37,454 nt of DNA from a virus (taxonomy: Duplodnaviria; Heunggongvirae; Uroviricota; Caudoviricetes). Both the position numbers and the translations under genes were made by a program. The notes beneath the pieces are model-generated. The model had not been told where the DNA came from. It did no database searches and was given only the letters and a program-made list of their open reading frames with translations. Position 1 is the first letter of the stretch. Each line of letters opens with the position of its first letter. The DNA lies in IMG/VR virus record IMGVR_UViG_3300042472_000628, positions 1 through 37,454 of that record; one strand, given 5' to 3'. Of this stretch, positions 34,986 to 37,454 are shown in pieces.

Positions 34986-36045
34986 CATAAACCTATCTGA
35001 AGAGTTAAAGGATAAAATAAGATATTCACTTAAACAAGTAGTATCTCAAAAACATCCTGAACCTAATAAGAAACTACTTAAAGACATGCATGGGCGAATA
35101 ACCCTTGCATGTCCTTATTGTGGTGATTCTCATACCGATGATACCAAAAAAAGAGGTAACATTTTCTGGGATACACTACAATATCACTGTTATAATTGCA
35201 GCCATCACACTAATGTTTATACTTTTCTAAAAGATCACGAAGTAAAGATGGATAATTCAGATGACTCATTCGCAGTTATCGATTATATTCAACAAAACAA
35301 AATACAAGTTAATCCTGAATCAGTTCTAAAACATCAAGCTTTAGAAACTGTTCATAATCTTGCGATTGAGGTTGATGAGTTTAAGAAACATTTTAGGGCA
35401 AAACCAATAGTTCCAGGTGACTGGATTTGGTTTCAATTAAAAGCAAGACTTCTACATAATAGAATAGATGATTTTTTATATTCAGAGAAAGAACATCGTT
35501 TGTGGATTCTAAACTTTAGTACAGATGGTAAAATTATAGGAGCTCAGACTCGTAGAATGAAAGGATATGGTCAAAGATACTTAACGTATGATCTACCTAA
35601 ATTATATGAGGAAATGGGTAAACCGTTAGAAATGACCAATGAAGAGTTAAATGCACTTACAAAAATATCAACTTTGTTTGGTATTATGCAATTAAACTTT
35701 CAAAGAACAATCACATTATTCGAAGGACCATTAGATGCAAAGTTTATGAATAATTCATTAGCTCTTGCAACTGCAGGTAGATCAACAGATGATTTCGATG
35801 AGATACCAACTGTTAGATACATGTTCGATAATGATGCAACAGGTAAAAAGAAAATGGCTGAAAAACTTAAAAGAGGTAGATCCGTATTTATGTGGTCTAA
35901 ATTTCTTAAGGAAAATAAGCTGGATACATATAATATTAAAGATCTAAATGACTTAATATTGAAATGTTTTGAGCTTAAAATCGATGCTCATAAAAAGATC
36001 GATCAATATTTTACATCAAGTCAATTAGATTTATGGTACGTATAG
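34969..36045 (+). CDS. gp61: DNA primase, T4 gp61-like
   Basis: Zn finger CPYCGDS...HCYNC; TOPRIM motifs LFEGPLDAKF and MFDNDATG. Confidence 0.9.
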   Translation: MTSTSNINLSEELKDKIRYSLKQVVSQKHPEPNKKLLKDMHGRITLACPYCGDSHTDDTKKRGNIFWDTLQYHCYNCSHHTNVYTFLKDHEVKMDNSDDSFAVIDYIQQNKIQVNPESVLKHQALETVHNLAIEVDEFKKHFRAKPIVPGDWIWFQLKARLLHNRIDDFLYSEKEHRLWILNFSTDGKIIGAQTRRMKGYGQRYLTYDLPKLYEEMGKPLEMTNEELNALTKISTLFGIMQLNFQRTITLFEGPLDAKFMNNSLALATAGRSTDDFDEIPTVRYMFDNDATGKKKMAEKLKRGRSVFMWSKFLKENKLDTYNIKDLNDLILKCFELKIDAHKKIDQYFTSSQLDLWYV

Positions 36046-36254
36046 CAGATATTAGTAGTATGGTTGAAGATAATTTGGATGACTTTCAAAAAGACAGTGA
36101 TAGATTTAAAGGTATGAAACTCTTAATAGATTTCTCACCATTAGATCTTAGTGTCAATTCTCCAGATATTAAAATGCCAGAGCCTAAATTTAAAAAGAAA
36201 CAAGTTATTGCAAAATTTATTAAGCCTAATCCTAACAAAAAATCATTATTTTAA
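36033..36254 (+). CDS. Hypothetical protein (start may be the ATG at 36060)
   Basis: Fills the gap between primase and UvsY; acidic N-terminus, basic C-terminus. Confidence 0.5.
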   Translation: MVRIADISSMVEDNLDDFQKDSDRFKGMKLLIDFSPLDLSVNSPDIKMPEPKFKKKQVIAKFIKPNPNKKSLF

Positions 36255-36256
36255 AT

Positions 36257-36679
36257 ATGAGCAAAGAAGTAATATTAGCGCTTGATAAAAAATTAAGTAG
36301 CCAACGAATAGAATGGACTAACAACATCAAAGAACTTGCACAAAGTCTTAGACGTTTAAACGAATTAGAAGGAACTATTGCAGAGGTACTTTCTTCAAGA
36401 CAATCTTTAGTCGAACAAATATCATATTTAAATATGAAGATTAAAGAACAAAGAAACAAAGTTAATGTCAGATATAGAGAAGCCTATATTAGATATTATG
36501 AATACGATTATAAGCTCGGTGAAAAGCAAAAAGAGAAGTTTATTGAAACTGATCTAGCCGATGAAAATATGATATTGTCTCACTTAGAAAATCAAGTTGA
36601 ATTTTTTAGAGACTCGGTAAAAACTCTAGATAACATGGGATTTGCCATCCGTAATAGACTTGCATTAAAAGATCTATAA
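36257..36679 (+). CDS. uvsY: Recombination mediator, UvsY-like
   Basis: 140-aa all-helical protein ending VEFFRDSVKTLDNMGFAIRNRL (UvsY-type); adjacent to uvsW as in T4-like phages. Confidence 0.65.
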   Translation: MSKEVILALDKKLSSQRIEWTNNIKELAQSLRRLNELEGTIAEVLSSRQSLVEQISYLNMKIKEQRNKVNVRYREAYIRYYEYDYKLGEKQKEKFIETDLADENMILSHLENQVEFFRDSVKTLDNMGFAIRNRLALKDL

Positions 36680-36704
36680 CGGTAAACAAAAATGCTCTAA
36701 CAAT

Positions 36705-37454
36705 GTGGAGCTTAGTTTAACTGAAAACAAACAGTTGCTTCGTATTGACGTAGCATCTGAATTAGAATTAGAACAACTCAATATATCTCTTAATAAGAGA
36801 ATTGAGTCTTGGCGTTTCAATCCCCTGGTTAAAAAGGGGCTTTGGGATGGCTACGTTTCATATATAAAAGATGATAAGTGGATTCCTTCTGGACTGTGGA
36901 GGGAAGTCATGGGTATTTGTAAGAGCTATGGGTTTGAATTCAAGCTTAATGGTATTACAGATATTTTCGATACGAATATTAACCAAGAAAAATTTAATGA
37001 ATGGGCTTTAGCATTCTTTGATAAATCTGAGATCACTCCCAGAGATTATCAAATAGAAGCTGCATTCAACATTTTAAAATTTAAAAGATGTTTAAGTGAA
37101 TTAGCAACTTCGGCTGGTAAAACACTTATATCATTCTTAACAGTTGCGTACTTGCTAGAAAAACAAAAGGCACAAAAGATTCTCTTTATAGTACCCAATG
37201 TTTCTTTGGTAGTACAAGCAAGTGAGGATTTCCTAGATTATAATTATAGAAATGCTGTAGATATTAAAGTACAGCAAATTTACGCAGGTCAAAAAGTAAG
37301 ACCAGGTAGAAATGTTATTATAGGAACATATCAATCTCTTGTTAAAAAAGACAAAGCATATTTTGAAGAGTTCGATGCAGTTATTGTAGATGAAACTCAC
37401 AAAGCAAAATCAGCATCTATTAAAACCATATTACAAAAGTGTGCAAATGCTAAT
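36705..37454 (+). CDS. uvsW: SF2 DNA helicase UvsW (3'-truncated; absent from the supplied ORF track)
   Basis: GTG start, MELSLTENKQLLR...FNPLVKKGLWDG; Q-motif PRDYQIEA; Walker A LATSAGKT; IVPNVSLVVQ; Walker B IVDETH. Confidence 0.9.
   Translation, partial: MELSLTENKQLLRIDVASELELEQLNISLNKRIESWRFNPLVKKGLWDGYVSYIKDDKWIPSGLWREVMGICKSYGFEFKLNGITDIFDTNINQEKFNEWALAFFDKSEITPRDYQIEAAFNILKFKRCLSELATSAGKTLISFLTVAYLLEKQKAQKILFIVPNVSLVVQASEDFLDYNYRNAVDIKVQQIYAGQKVRPGRNVIIGTYQSLVKKDKAYFEEFDAVIVDETHKAKSASIKTILQKCANAN

Noticed and set aside
1410-36459. Short minus-strand and alternate-frame ORFs in the track (e.g. 1410-1628, 11844-12314, 18529-18717, 26718-27062, 32797-33060, 34757-34981)
   Set aside because: They overlap well-supported plus-strand genes, have no motifs, and are explained as shadows of biased codons or PT repeats.
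1-37454. Stop-codon reassignment (TAG or TGA) as in some large Bacteroidota phages
   Set aside because: Code 11 gives uninterrupted ORFs up to 2452 aa with near-complete coverage. Almost all stops are TAA, and reading through the two TAG stops (34007, 36045) adds nothing meaningful.

Overview
AT-rich (roughly 30% GC by eye), densely coding, entirely plus-strand segment of a large T4-like contractile-tailed phage, most likely infecting Bacteroidota. Host evidence: a Bacteroidota-type bS1 homologue, BACON domains, A-rich leaders without Shine-Dalgarno sequences, and a Bacteroidota-phage-type spanin-like protein. Bases 1 to ~33.0 kb are a late virion module: gp5-like spike, gp13 neck, gp25/gp6/gp7-like baseplate, large unknown structural proteins, a collagen fibre, two BACON proteins, a gp3-like protein and a candidate internal head protein. 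A four-domain ribosomal protein S1 homologue and a COOH-NH2 amidoligase are inserted in this module. Bases ~33.0 to 37.45 kb are a recombination/replication module (RuvC-like resolvase, gp32 SSB, gp61 primase, UvsY, UvsW cut by the window end). Most notable: (i) the phage bS1 plus amidoligase pair under late-type promoters; (ii) a four-gene Pro/Thr-linker, Ig/BACON display cassette whose last member ends in Gly8 followed by a Hint domain lacking a +1 nucleophile, a candidate self-activating conjugation system; (iii) two promoter classes, GATA(T/A/C)ATA and TGAAAC-N17/18-TATAA, including a divergent copy firing antisense into ruvC; (iv) a candidate protease-matured, fusion-peptide-like head protein. 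All family assignments are motif recognition by eye; no searches were run.
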